Source: a virus (Duplodnaviria > Heunggongvirae > Uroviricota > Caudoviricetes). Taken from it: a stretch of DNA of 25,598 nt. Below are positions 17,027 through 25,598 of this stretch, one piece after another. The notes under the pieces are model-generated. The model was not told the DNA's origin and searched no databases. It was given only the letters and a program-made list of their open reading frames with translations. The position numbers were made by a program, and so were the translations under genes. The stretch lies in the IMG/VR virus record IMGVR_UViG_2778261153_000008; one strand, given 5' to 3'. The stretch's first letter is position 1. Every line of letters begins with the position of its first letter.

Positions 17027-18085
17027 ATGAAGAAGAATACCCGCTTTGCTTTTAACGCTTACCTGCAGCAGCTGGCGCGTCTGAATGGTGTGGCAGTTGA
17101 AGAACTGTCCAGCAAATTCACTGTGGAGCCGTCTGTGCAGCAGACGCTGGAAGACCAGATCCAGCAGTCCGCCGCTTTCCTGACGCTGATTAACGTCACG
17201 CCAGTGACTGAGCAGTCCGGTCAGCTGCTGGGGCTGGGTGTTGGCAGCACCATTGCCGGAACCACTGACACCACTGCGAAAGAGCGTGAACCTGTCGATC
17301 CGACGCTGATGGTCGATGTGGAATATAAATGCGAGCAGACCAACTTTGACACGGTGCTGACCTACGCGAAGCTGGACCTGTGGGCGAAGTTTCAGGATTT
17401 CCAGGTGCGTATCCGTGACGCCATCGTGAAACGTCAGGCACTGGACCGCATCATGATCGGCTTTAACGGCGTGAAGCGTGCGAAAACCTCCAACCGTAGT
17501 GAAAACCCGCTGCTGCAGGATGTGAACAAAGGCTGGCTGCAGAAAATCCGTGAGGATGCACCGGATCACGTCATGGGCAGCACCACCACGGGCGGCGAAA
17601 CCACACCGGGTGCGGTGAAAGTCGGGAAAGGTGGCGAATATGCCAACCTGGACGCTGTGGTGATGGATGCGGTCAATGAGCTTATCGACGTGGTCTACCA
17701 GGACGACGACGATCTGGTGGTGATTTGCGGTCGTGAACTGCTGTCTGACAAGTATTTCCCGCTGGTCAACAAAGAGCAGGAAAACAGTGAAAAACTGGCA
17801 GCCGATATGATTATCAGTCAGAAACGCATGGGCGGTCTGCAGGCCGTGCGTGCGCCGTTCTTCCCGCCGAATGCGCTGCTGATCACCCGTCTGGATAACT
17901 TGTCCATCTACTGGCAGGAAGACACCCGCCGCCGTTCAGTTATCGACAACCCGAAACGTGACCGGATTGAAAACTTTGAATCTGTTAACGAAGCCTATGT
18001 GGTTGAGGACTACCGCTGCGCTGCACTGGTGGAAAACATCCAGATTGGCGATTTCAGCGCCGCCGCAGCAGAAGCCGGAGCGTAA
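17027..18085 (+). CDS. N: Major capsid protein (P2 gpN-like)
   Basis: 352 aa; strong recalled similarity to P2 gpN (TRF.FNAYL, KFTVEPSV.QTL, GFNGVKRA.TS.RS.NP.LQDV, LSIY). Confidence 0.9.
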   Translation: MKKNTRFAFNAYLQQLARLNGVAVEELSSKFTVEPSVQQTLEDQIQQSAAFLTLINVTPVTEQSGQLLGLGVGSTIAGTTDTTAKEREPVDPTLMVDVEYKCEQTNFDTVLTYAKLDLWAKFQDFQVRIRDAIVKRQALDRIMIGFNGVKRAKTSNRSENPLLQDVNKGWLQKIREDAPDHVMGSTTTGGETTPGAVKVGKGGEYANLDAVVMDAVNELIDVVYQDDDDLVVICGRELLSDKYFPLVNKEQENSEKLAADMIISQKRMGGLQAVRAPFFPPNALLITRLDNLSIYWQEDTRRRSVIDNPKRDRIENFESVNEAYVVEDYRCAALVENIQIGDFSAAAAEAGA

Positions 18086-18088
18086 CCC

Positions 18089-18739
18089 ATGAGCCTGAGT
18101 CCCGCACGGCAGCATCGCCTGCGCGTTCAGGCTGAACAGGCCGCCCGTGAGGGCGGCAGCGTTCGCCACGCGTCGGGCTATGACCTGATGCTGCTGCAAC
18201 TGGCGGAAGACCGCCGCCGTCTCAAGGGCGTTCAGTCCACGGTCAAAAAAGCGGAAATCAAGGTGGAACTGCTGCCGAAATACGCCGCCTGGGCAGAGGG
18301 GGTCCTGGCTGGCGGAGGCGCGCAACAGGATGACGTGCTGATGTACGTGATGCTGTGGCGCATTGATGCCGGAGATTATGCCGGGGCGCTGGAGATCGGG
18401 CGTCACGCCCTGCGTCATGGCTGGGTGATGCCGTTGGGTAACCGCAACGTGCAGACCGTGCTGGCAGAGGAAATGGCAGACGCGGCGCAGAGCGCAATGC
18501 TTGCCGCCACCGGCTTTGATGCTGATCTGTTGCTGCAGACGCTGGAGCTGACAGACGGTCTGGATATGCCGGACCAGTCACGGGCACGTCTGCATAAAGC
18601 GATTGGCGCTGTCCTGAGTGAAAGCAATCCGGCTTCCGCCCTTAATCATCTCAACCATGCGTTACAGCTCGATCCCCGCTGTGGCGTGAAAAAAGACAAA
18701 CAGCAGCTGGAGCGCAGACTGCGCAATGACAGCCGCTGA
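18089..18739 (+). CDS. M: Terminase small (endonuclease) subunit (P2 gpM-like)
   Basis: 216 aa immediately after N; position and size consistent with P2 gpM. Confidence 0.8.
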   Translation: MSLSPARQHRLRVQAEQAAREGGSVRHASGYDLMLLQLAEDRRRLKGVQSTVKKAEIKVELLPKYAAWAEGVLAGGGAQQDDVLMYVMLWRIDAGDYAGALEIGRHALRHGWVMPLGNRNVQTVLAEEMADAAQSAMLAATGFDADLLLQTLELTDGLDMPDQSRARLHKAIGAVLSESNPASALNHLNHALQLDPRCGVKKDKQQLERRLRNDSR

Positions 18740-18834
18740 CAGAACGTGCCCCCGCGCACGGGCGGCACGGGGTGGCGAAAGGCACTGCCACATCAAAACC
18801 CCGTCCACCGCCCTTTATTTCAGGAGAAAGCAGC

Positions 18835-19299
18835 ATGAAGTTTGTTGCGCCAGAACAGGCACCGGAACAGGCGGAAATCATCAGAAATACGCCGTTCTGG
18901 CCTGATGTGGACCTGTCGGAGTTTCGCAGCGTGATGCGCACTGACGGCACGGTGACGCAGCCGCGTTTAAAGCAGGTTGCGCTGTCGGCAATTTCGGAGG
19001 TCAACGCAGAGCTGTATGAGTTTCGCAGACGCCAGCAGATGCTGGGGTATGCCTCGCTGGCAGAGGTTCCGGCGGAACAGCTGGACGGCAAAAGTGAGCG
19101 CATTCAGCACTATTTCAACGCGGTTTACTGCTGGGCACGCGCCATGCTCAACGAACGTTACCAGGACTATGACGCCACGGCGTCCGGTGTGAAGCGGGGC
19201 GAGGAACTGGCGGAAGCAAGCGGTGATTTGTGGCGTGACGCCCGCTGGGCCATCAGCCGGGTGCAGGATGCGCCGCACTGCACAGTGGAGCTTATCTGA
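18835..19299 (+). CDS. L: Head completion/stabilisation protein (P2 gpL-like)
   Basis: Similarity to P2 gpL (NT.F.PD.D, NAELYE, LWRD.RWA..R.Q). ATG 18835 has a strong SD (AGGAG, 8 nt); the alternative GTG start at 18772 gives 175 aa, closer to P2 L length, and cannot be excluded. Confidence 0.8.
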   Translation: MKFVAPEQAPEQAEIIRNTPFWPDVDLSEFRSVMRTDGTVTQPRLKQVALSAISEVNAELYEFRRRQQMLGYASLAEVPAEQLDGKSERIQHYFNAVYCWARAMLNERYQDYDATASGVKRGEELAEASGDLWRDARWAISRVQDAPHCTVELI

Positions 19300-19502
19300 T
19301 GAAAGTGCGTGCGCATCAGTATGACACGGTGGACGCGCTTTGCTGGCGTCATTACGGGCGCACGCAGGGTGTCACGGAGCAGGTACTGAAGGCAAATCCG
19401 GGGCTTGCCGAATACGGCCCCTTTTTACCTCACGGGCTGCAGGTGGAGTTGCCGGACATTCCGACCACCACCACCGTGCAGACCGTCCAGCTATGGGACT
19501 GA
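19299..19502 (+). CDS. X: Tail protein X (P2 gpX-like)
   Basis: 67 aa; recalled similarity to P2 gpX (D..DA.C.RYYGRT.GV.E.VL.ANPGLAE.G..LPHG..VELPD). Confidence 0.85.
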   Translation: MKVRAHQYDTVDALCWRHYGRTQGVTEQVLKANPGLAEYGPFLPHGLQVELPDIPTTTTVQTVQLWD

Positions 19503-19505
19503 ATT

Positions 19506-19721
19506 ATGACGCTTGAGCGAATCAGCGCCTTTATCACGTATTGCATCGCCGTCGTGCTGGCCTGGCTGGGCGATTTGTCCATCAAGGATGCCTCAACGCT
19601 GGGCGGCCTGATGATTGGTGTGCTGATGCTGGCTATCAACTGGTACTACAAACACAAAGCCTACCAGCTTCTGCGCGACGGGCAGATCTCGCGGGAGGAC
19701 TATGAATCCATCAATCGTTAA
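19506..19721 (+). CDS. Y: Holin (or pinholin)
   Basis: 71 aa with two hydrophobic segments and charged C-terminus; first gene of lysis cassette, before the endolysin. Confidence 0.65.
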   Translation: MTLERISAFITYCIAVVLAWLGDLSIKDASTLGGLMIGVLMLAINWYYKHKAYQLLRDGQISREDYESINR

Positions 19722-20214
19722 ACGCTGCCTTGTCGGGGCCGTGCTGGCTATTGCTGCCACGCTGCCGGGTTTTCAGCAGCTTCACACCTCCGTGGAAGGG
19801 CTGAAACTGATTGCTGATTACGAAGGTTGTCGTCTGCAGCCGTATCAGTGCAGCGCGGGTGTCTGGACCGACGGCATTGGTAATACGTCGGGCGTCATTC
19901 CCGGCAAAACCATTACGGAGCGACAGGCAGCAGAAGGGCTGATCTCCAACGTGCTGCGTGTGGAGCGGGCGCTGGAAAGGTGTGTGAAGCAACAGCCGCC
20001 GCAGAAGGTGTATGACGCTGCGGTGTCGTTTGCCTTCAACGTGGGTACGGGCAATGCCTGCAGTTCCACGCTGGTGAAATTGCTCAATCAGCGGCGCTGG
20101 GCGGATGCGTGCCGACAGTTGCCGCGCTGGGTTTATGTAAAAGGTGTGTTTAATCAGGGGCTGGATAACCGCCGTGCGCGGGAGATGGCCTGGTGTTTAC
20201 AGGGAGCAAACTGA
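19702..20214 (+). CDS. K: Endolysin, lysozyme with N-terminal signal-anchor-release (SAR) domain
   Basis: 170 aa; N-terminal weakly hydrophobic Gly/Ala-rich segment (CLVGAVLAIAATLPGF), then E-x8-C-x5-T catalytic pattern (EGCRLQPYQCSAGVWT) typical of SAR endolysins. Confidence 0.75.
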   Translation: MNPSIVKRCLVGAVLAIAATLPGFQQLHTSVEGLKLIADYEGCRLQPYQCSAGVWTDGIGNTSGVIPGKTITERQAAEGLISNVLRVERALERCVKQQPPQKVYDAAVSFAFNVGTGNACSSTLVKLLNQRRWADACRQLPRWVYVKGVFNQGLDNRRAREMAWCLQGAN

Positions 20215-20215
20215 A

Positions 20216-20593
20216 ATGAAAAAGAAATTAATCAGCGGACTGTTTCTGATGTTATGGATGGCGCTGTTAATCGCAGCAATGGTGTATCCGCAGGGGATTT
20301 TTCCGGTACTGGCAGCGTCCGGCGTTTGGGTAGCCTGTTTGCTGACATGGGCGGTAATTCCGGTAGCACTGGCTGCGTTAATTAAGAATGGCCCGCTCTG
20401 GCAGGAGTTAAGGGCATCTTTGCTGAAGACAATTACCCGAAAAGAAAACGTATTTATCAGTTGGGTGATGCGATTGCTGATTATCGTAAGTCTCGCCTGG
20501 ACGGGGTGGGCCATTACCCTGGTCTTTTATCTGCTGACCGTTATTGCCTTCTGGATCACCCGTAATCAGATGGCGCAACAGGTAGCAGCATGA
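20216..20593 (+). CDS. lysA: Lysis-regulatory membrane protein (LysA-like)
   Basis: 125 aa from ATG 20216, multiple TM segments; P2 lysA position after endolysin. Confidence 0.6.
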   Translation: MKKKLISGLFLMLWMALLIAAMVYPQGIFPVLAASGVWVACLLTWAVIPVALAALIKNGPLWQELRASLLKTITRKENVFISWVMRLLIIVSLAWTGWAITLVFYLLTVIAFWITRNQMAQQVAA

Positions 20594-21018
20594 ACCGGTT
20601 GCTGCTGGTTGTGCTGGCGTTATTACTGGCGTCGCTGGGCTGGCAGACGTGGCGGCTGGCTGATGCCAGCCAGACCATCAGCACGCAGGCAGACGAGCTG
20701 CGGAGCAAAAGTCAGGCACTGGCAAAGAGCAACAGCCAGCTTATCAGCCTGTCCATTCTGACTGAAACCAATAACCGGGAGCAGGCGCGGCTCTATGCCG
20801 AAGCAGAACAGACCAGCGCGCTGCTGAGACAACGACAACATCGGATTGAGGAACTGAAACGTGAGAACGAGGATTTACGCCGCTGGGCTAATACTCCTTT
20901 GCCTGCTGACATTATCCGGCTGCGGGAACGTCCGGCACTCACCGGAGGTGCAGCTTACCGTCAGTGGTTGTCCGCGAGTGACGCCGTGTCAGCTGGATCA
21001 GGCAGCGCCACACAATAA
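20590..21018 (+). CDS. lysB: Inner-membrane spanin (LysB/Rz-like)
   Basis: 142 aa; N-terminal TM (LLLVVLALLLASLGW), coiled-coil middle; start overlaps lysA stop. Confidence 0.7.
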   Translation: MNRLLLVVLALLLASLGWQTWRLADASQTISTQADELRSKSQALAKSNSQLISLSILTETNNREQARLYAEAEQTSALLRQRQHRIEELKRENEDLRRWANTPLPADIIRLRERPALTGGAAYRQWLSASDAVSAGSGSATQ

Positions 21019-21151
21019 CGGTGATCTGAACGCATTGCTGGATGAAACGGAGGCCGCCTGGGCGGTCTGTGCAGACAAAGTGGACATGATTATTGCGTGT
21101 CAGGAGCGAAACAGTGAACAAACCACAATCCCTGCGCCACGCCCTCAATAA
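20861..21151 (+). CDS. lysC: Outer-membrane lipoprotein spanin (LysC/Rz1-like), overlapping lysB in another frame
   Basis: GTG start with SD GAGGA; lipoprotein signal with lipobox LTLSGC; embedded/overlapping arrangement typical of Rz/Rz1 pairs. Confidence 0.65.
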   Translation: MRTRIYAAGLILLCLLTLSGCGNVRHSPEVQLTVSGCPRVTPCQLDQAAPHNNGDLNALLDETEAAWAVCADKVDMIIACQERNSEQTTIPAPRPQ

Positions 21152-21545
21152 AGCAGTGCCTTATGTCCGCAATAACCCGGACAAACTGCATCTGTTTGTG
21201 GATAACGGTTCGCTGGTTGCCACGGGGGCCAGCTCCATGTCATGGGAGTACCGCTACACCCTGAACGTGGTGATAGAGGATTTCAGCGGCGACCAGAATC
21301 TGCTGATGGCCCCGGTTTTGCTGTGGCTGCGTGATAACCAGCCCGATGCCATCAATAACCCGGCGTTACGGGAAAAACTATTCACCTTTGAGGTGGATAT
21401 TTTGCGCAACGATGTCTGTGATATCAGCCTTAACCTGCAACTGACGGAGCGTGTGCTGGTCAGTACTGACGGCAGTGTGTCGAGTGTTGAAGCTGTAGCG
21501 GAACCCGATGAACCTGAAGAAATGTGGACGGTGAAACGTGGCTGA
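21114..21545 (+). CDS. R: Tail completion protein R (P2 gpR-like)
   Basis: GTG 21114 with SD AGGAG (21102-21106); product VNKPQSLRHAL... aligns with recalled P2 gpR N-terminus (LHLFVDNGS, RYTLNV, LLMAPVL.WLRDNQPD). The ORF-track TTG start at 21093 is a likely over-extension. Confidence 0.8.
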   Translation: MNKPQSLRHALNKAVPYVRNNPDKLHLFVDNGSLVATGASSMSWEYRYTLNVVIEDFSGDQNLLMAPVLLWLRDNQPDAINNPALREKLFTFEVDILRNDVCDISLNLQLTERVLVSTDGSVSSVEAVAEPDEPEEMWTVKRG

Positions 21546-21984
21546 ACTGCAGAAGGTGGACGACTGGCTGAGTGCTTTGCTGGCGAATCTGGAACCAGCC
21601 GCAAGAAGCCGCATGATGCGGCAGCTGGCGCAGGAACTGCGCCGGACACAGCAGCAGAATATCAGAATGCAGCGCAATCCAGATGGCAGCAGTTATGAAC
21701 CGCGCAGGGTAACAGCACGCAGCAAAAAGGGGCGCATCAAACGTCAGATGTTTACAAAGCTGCGCACCACAAAATACCTGAAAACTGCCGCCAGCGCCGA
21801 CTCTGCCAGCGTGCAGTTTGAAGGCAAGGTACAGCGCATTGCCCGTGTTCATCACTACGGCTTACGTGATCGCGTCAGCCGCAAAGGACCGGAGGTCCGT
21901 TACGCAGAGCGTCGTCTTCTGGGTGTAAATGATGATGTTGAGGCAATGACCCGCGACATGATTCTGCAATGGCTGGCGGGGTGA
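21538..21984 (+). CDS. S: Tail completion protein S (P2 gpS-like)
   Basis: 148 aa, GTG start overlapping R stop; position and size match P2 gpS. Confidence 0.75.
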   Translation: MAELQKVDDWLSALLANLEPAARSRMMRQLAQELRRTQQQNIRMQRNPDGSSYEPRRVTARSKKGRIKRQMFTKLRTTKYLKTAASADSASVQFEGKVQRIARVHHYGLRDRVSRKGPEVRYAERRLLGVNDDVEAMTRDMILQWLAG

Positions 21985-21988
21985 TCTT

Positions 21989-22006
21989 TGTATCAGCACT
22001 GATACA
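21989..22006. promoter_or_regulatory. Candidate late-promoter activator site (TGT-N12-ACA dyad) upstream of gene V
   Basis: TGTATCAGCACTGATACA: perfect 8-bp inverted arms with the TGT-N12-ACA spacing of P2-type late promoters, in the S-V intergenic region where P2 has its V promoter. Confidence 0.45.
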
Positions 22007-22052
22007 AGTTGCAGCACTGCCGCCTTTCTTCCCCTGATGGCAACCTTTCCCT

Positions 22053-22631
22053 ATGAACGCACAATTAACCGAAATCATGCGCCTTATCACCAACCTGATC
22101 CGCACAGGGGTAGTCACCGAAGTGGACCGGGAAAACTGGCTTTGCCGGGTGAAAACGGGCGAGCTTGAAACCAACTGGATCAGCTGGCTGACGCTGCGTG
22201 CCGGGAATGCCCGCACATGGTGGCGACCATCGGAAGGTGAGCAGGTGGTGCTGCTGAGTCTGGGCGGCAATCTGGAAACCGCCTTTGCGTTACCCGCCAT
22301 CTATTCGAATCAGTTCGCGCCACCATCGACGTCGGCGGAAGCCTGCGTGACAGAACATCCTGACGGTGGCTGGTTTGAATACGAACCAGCCACCGGGCGC
22401 TGGTATGTCAGGGGCATCAAATCAATGGTCATTGAGGCCGCTGACAACATCACCATGAAAACCAGTGAGTTTGTACTGGAGGCTGACCGCACGCGCATTA
22501 ACAGCGAAGTGGTGATCAATGGTGGCGTTACCCAGGGCGGCGGAGCGATGAGTTCTAACGGGATCGTGGTTGATGCGCATCAGCATACTGGCGTCCTGAA
22601 AGGCGGCGACACAACCGGAGGCCCGGTATGA
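22053..22631 (+). CDS. V: Baseplate spike/assembly protein V (P2 gpV-like)
   Basis: 192 aa; recalled similarity to P2 gpV (IRTG, RTWW.PS.GEQV, YEPETS..., SNG...H.H). Confidence 0.85.
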   Translation: MNAQLTEIMRLITNLIRTGVVTEVDRENWLCRVKTGELETNWISWLTLRAGNARTWWRPSEGEQVVLLSLGGNLETAFALPAIYSNQFAPPSTSAEACVTEHPDGGWFEYEPATGRWYVRGIKSMVIEAADNITMKTSEFVLEADRTRINSEVVINGGVTQGGGAMSSNGIVVDAHQHTGVLKGGDTTGGPV

Positions 22632-22987
22632 CGCTTTATAGCGGGATGAACAATACCAGCGGCAAAGTCATTACTGATATTGACCATCTGCGCCAGTCGG
22701 TGCGGGACATTCTGCTGACGCCACAGGGTAGCCGCATTGCCCGTCGGGAATATGGTTCCCTGCTGTCGGCACTGATAGATCAGCCACAAAATCCGGCGTT
22801 ACGCCTGCAGGTTATGTCGGCTGTGTATGTGGCACTGAGTCGCTGGGAGCCACGGCTGACGCTGGATACCATCACTATTAACAGCAATTTTGACGGTTCA
22901 ATGGTGGTGGAGCTGACCGGGCAGCGGAATAACGGTGTGCCTGTGTCCCTTTCAGTATCAACAGGAGCAGAGAATGGCAGTGATTGA
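22628..22987 (+). CDS. W: Baseplate wedge protein W (P2 gpW-like)
   Basis: 119 aa; SD GGAGG; P2 order V-W-J. Confidence 0.8.
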   Translation: MTLYSGMNNTSGKVITDIDHLRQSVRDILLTPQGSRIARREYGSLLSALIDQPQNPALRLQVMSAVYVALSRWEPRLTLDTITINSNFDGSMVVELTGQRNNGVPVSLSVSTGAENGSD

Positions 22988-23882
22988 CCTTTCGCAGTTG
23001 CCTGCACCGCAGATTATGGATGTGCCGGACTTTGAGATGCTGCTTGCCGAACGCAAGGCAGAATTTGTGGCGCTTCATCCGAAAGATGAGCAGGAAGCAG
23101 TGATCCGCACGCTGGAACTGGAATCTGAACCCGTCACCAAATTGTTGCAGGAGAACGCTTACCGTGAGTTGCTTCTGCGTCAGCGCATTAACGAAGCCGC
23201 GCAGGCGGTAATGGTGGCTTACGCGATGGGCGGCGATCTTGACCAGATCGCTGCCAACTACAACGTGAAACGCCTGACGGTGACGCCTGCTGATAATGAC
23301 GCTGTGCCGCCCGTTGCAGCAGTGATGGAAAGCGATGAAGCGTTACGCCTGCGTGTGCCTGCAGCCTTTGAGGGGCTTTCAGTTGCGGGACCAACTGCCG
23401 CTTATGAATTTCATGCCCGAAGCGCCGACGGTCGGGTGGCGGATGCCAGTGCAACCAGTCCGGCACCTGCAGAGGTGGTGCTGACAGTCCTTAGCCGCGA
23501 AGGCGACGGAACAGCAGAAAAAGACCTGCTGGATGTGGTGGAGAAAGCACTGAACAGTGAGAATGTCCGCCCGGTGGCTGACCGTCTGACGGTTCGCAGC
23601 GCGGAAATCATCCCGTACCGCGTGGAAGCCACCATTTTTCTCTATCCGGGACCGGAAGCAGAGCCGGTAATGGCAGCGGCAAAAGCCAGCCTGCAGAGGT
23701 ACATTGCCAGTCAGACGCGGCTTGGTCGGGATATTCGCCGTAGCGCCATTTTTGCCGCGCTGCATGTTGAGGGTGTTCAGCGTGTGGAACTGGCTTCCCC
23801 GCAGGCGGACGTGGTCCTGAACAAAACGCAGGCGGCATCATGTACGCAGTGGAGCGTGACCAACGGGGGAACGGATGAATAG
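22974..23882 (+). CDS. J: Baseplate protein J (P2 gpJ-like)
   Basis: 302 aa from ATG 22974 (SD AGGAG 22963-22967), equal to P2 gpJ length; overlaps W end by 14 nt. Confidence 0.85.
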   Translation: MAVIDLSQLPAPQIMDVPDFEMLLAERKAEFVALHPKDEQEAVIRTLELESEPVTKLLQENAYRELLLRQRINEAAQAVMVAYAMGGDLDQIAANYNVKRLTVTPADNDAVPPVAAVMESDEALRLRVPAAFEGLSVAGPTAAYEFHARSADGRVADASATSPAPAEVVLTVLSREGDGTAEKDLLDVVEKALNSENVRPVADRLTVRSAEIIPYRVEATIFLYPGPEAEPVMAAAKASLQRYIASQTRLGRDIRRSAIFAALHVEGVQRVELASPQADVVLNKTQAASCTQWSVTNGGTDE

Positions 23883-24480
23883 TCTGCTGCCACCGGGTTC
23901 AACGCCACTGGAGCGCCGACTGGCGCAAACCTGCAGCGGGATTTCTGATCTGCAGGTGTCACTGCGTGACTTGTGGAATCCGGCAACCTGTCCGGTCAGT
24001 TTCCTGCCTTATCTCGCCTGGGCGTTCTCTGTGGATCGCTGGGACGAGGGCTGGACAGAAAGCGTCAAACGCCAGGTAGTGAAGGATGCTTTTTATATTC
24101 ATCAGCACAAAGGAACCACCAGTGCTGTACGGCGGGTGGTGGAGCCGTTCGGCTTCCTGATCCGCATTATTGAGTGGTGGCAGACCGGAGAAACACCGGG
24201 CACGTTTCGCCTGGACATTGGTGTGCAGGACCAGGGCATCACTGAAGATACCTATCTGGAACTTGAGCGACTGATAAGCGATGCCAAACCATGTAGCCGT
24301 CACATGATCGGCATGTCCATCAATCTGCAGACCAGCGGCCCGCATTGGGTGGGAGCCGCCAGTTATCTTGGCGAAGAAATCACGATCTATCCGTATATCA
24401 ACGAAACAATTATTTCCGGCGGCACCGCGCATGAAGGCGGGGCGGTCCATGTTATTGACACAATGAGAGTGAATCCATGA
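23875..24480 (+). CDS. I: Baseplate/tail protein I (P2 gpI-like)
   Basis: 201 aa; between J and tail fibre H as in P2; stop overlaps H start (ATGA). Confidence 0.8.
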   Translation: MNSLLPPGSTPLERRLAQTCSGISDLQVSLRDLWNPATCPVSFLPYLAWAFSVDRWDEGWTESVKRQVVKDAFYIHQHKGTTSAVRRVVEPFGFLIRIIEWWQTGETPGTFRLDIGVQDQGITEDTYLELERLISDAKPCSRHMIGMSINLQTSGPHWVGAASYLGEEITIYPYINETIISGGTAHEGGAVHVIDTMRVNP

Positions 24481-25598
24481 GCACAAAATTTTATACCCTG
24501 CTGACGGATATTGGCGCGGCGAAACTTGCCAGCGCCGCCGCGCTCGGTGTGCCTTTAAAAATTACCCATATGGCGGTCGGCGATGGCGGCGGAACATTGC
24601 CAACGCCGGACGCAAAGCAGACAGCATTAGTAAATGAGAAACGCCGGGCTGCGCTGAATATGCTCTATATCGACCCGCAGAACAGCAGCCAGATTATTGC
24701 TGAACAGGTGATCCCTGAAAATGAGGGTGGTTGGTGGATACGTGAAGTGGGTCTGTTTGATGAGTCCGGGGCATTGATTGCCGTAGGCAACTGCCCGGAA
24801 AGCTATAAGCCGCAACTGGCTGAAGGCAGCGGGCGCACCCAGACCGTGCGCATGGTGCTGATTACCAGCAGCACGGACAATATCACCCTGAAAATCGACC
24901 CTGCCGTCGTGCTGGCAACCCGCAAGTATGTGGATGACAAGGTACTGGAGCTGAAGGTGTTCGTGGATGATAAGATGGCAAAACATCTTGCCGCACCGGA
25001 CCCGCATTCACAGTATGCACCCAAAGAAAGCCCGACATTGACCGGAACACCCAAAGCGCCAACGCCAGCGGAGGGGAATAACACCACGCAGATTGCGACC
25101 ACCGCGTTTGTTCAGGCGGCACTGATGGCCCTTATTAATGGTGCGCCAGCCACACTGGATACGCTGAAAGAAATTGCCGCTGCCATTAATAATGACCCGA
25201 AATTCAGTACCACCATTAACAATGCGCTGGCACTGAAAGCGCCGCTGTTAAGTCCGGCACTCACCGGAACGCCAACAGCCCCCACTGCCGCACAGTCAGT
25301 TAACAATACACAGATTGCCACCACGGCTTTTGTGAAATCGGCAATTGCGGCAATGGTGGGGTCTGCACCTGCTGCACTGGATACACTGAACGAACTGGCT
25401 GCGGCGCTGGGGAATGACCCGAACTTTGCCACGACAATGCTTAATGCGCTGGCAGGTAAACAACCGCTGGACAATACGCTGACTAATTTGAGTGGAAAGG
25501 ATGTAGCTGGTCTTCTCGCATACCTTGGTTTGGGAGAAGCGGCAAAACGGGATGTGGGGACAGGGGAAAATCAGATACCGGACATGGCCTCTTTTGCC
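24477..25598 (+). CDS. H: Tail fibre protein H (P2 gpH-like), 3'-truncated by window end
   Basis: Open frame from ATG 24477 to window end with no stop; N-terminus MSTKFYTLLTDIGAAKLASAAALGVPLKITHMAVGDGGG closely resembles recalled P2 gpH N-terminus; contains the characteristic NNTQIATTAFV...NDPNFATT repeat modules. Confidence 0.85.
   Translation, partial: MSTKFYTLLTDIGAAKLASAAALGVPLKITHMAVGDGGGTLPTPDAKQTALVNEKRRAALNMLYIDPQNSSQIIAEQVIPENEGGWWIREVGLFDESGALIAVGNCPESYKPQLAEGSGRTQTVRMVLITSSTDNITLKIDPAVVLATRKYVDDKVLELKVFVDDKMAKHLAAPDPHSQYAPKESPTLTGTPKAPTPAEGNNTTQIATTAFVQAALMALINGAPATLDTLKEIAAAINNDPKFSTTINNALALKAPLLSPALTGTPTAPTAAQSVNNTQIATTAFVKSAIAAMVGSAPAALDTLNELAAALGNDPNFATTMLNALAGKQPLDNTLTNLSGKDVAGLLAYLGLGEAAKRDVGTGENQIPDMASFA
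25032..25480 (+). repeat. Tandem duplicated module (period about 222 bp, 74 aa) inside tail-fibre gene H
   Basis: Two consecutive copies of LTGTP.AP....NNTQIATTAFV....A...GAPA.LDTL.E.AAA..NDP.F.TT..NALA.K.PL; explains the spurious repeat-containing minus-strand ORFs at 24803-25474. Confidence 0.8.

Noticed and set aside
16480-17569. Minus-strand ORFs of 131-220 aa overlapping scaffold O and capsid N genes
   Set aside because: Antisense to strongly conserved P2 O/N homologues; no start-site signals.
24627-25474. Several minus-strand ORFs (79-126 aa) with repetitive Ala/Gly/Ser-rich translations
   Set aside because: They lie inside tail-fibre gene H and mirror its internal tandem repeats; artefacts of the repeat, not genes.
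1-25598. CRISPR arrays, tRNA/rRNA genes, insertion sequences or transposase genes
   Set aside because: No regularly spaced direct repeats, no tRNA-like cloverleaf candidates noticed, and no transposase-like ORFs or terminal inverted repeats; the only recombinase is the phage integrase.

Overview
This window is most of a P2/186-like temperate myovirus prophage from an enterobacterial host, running from the integrase (stop codon at window position 1) to a truncated tail-fibre gene H at the 3' edge. Order: int, an AT-rich cargo gene, 186-type cI repressor (all minus strand); then rightward apl/cox, cII, small early ORFs, a TraR/DksA zinc-finger protein, Dam methylase, a PP-loop PAPS-reductase-like protein and replication gene A; a LexA-box-controlled SOS operon with a DinI-like (Tum-like) protein; an AT-rich lipoprotein gene; a putative cos site; an AT-rich 572-aa orphan gene; then the P2 late genes Q, P (minus) and O, N, M, L, X, lysis cassette, R, S, V, W, J, I, H (plus). 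The backbone genes are recognised from recalled similarity to P2/186 proteins and from motifs. The best candidates for novel biology are the three AT-rich cargo loci: a membrane-anchored coiled-coil protein with a T5orf172/GIY-YIG-like nuclease domain co-transcribed with cI (1137-2813), the 572-aa orphan between cos and the portal gene (11484-13202), and the lipoprotein (10320-10997). All family assignments are from reading the sequence and memory; no database search or computation was run, and composition statements are by eye.
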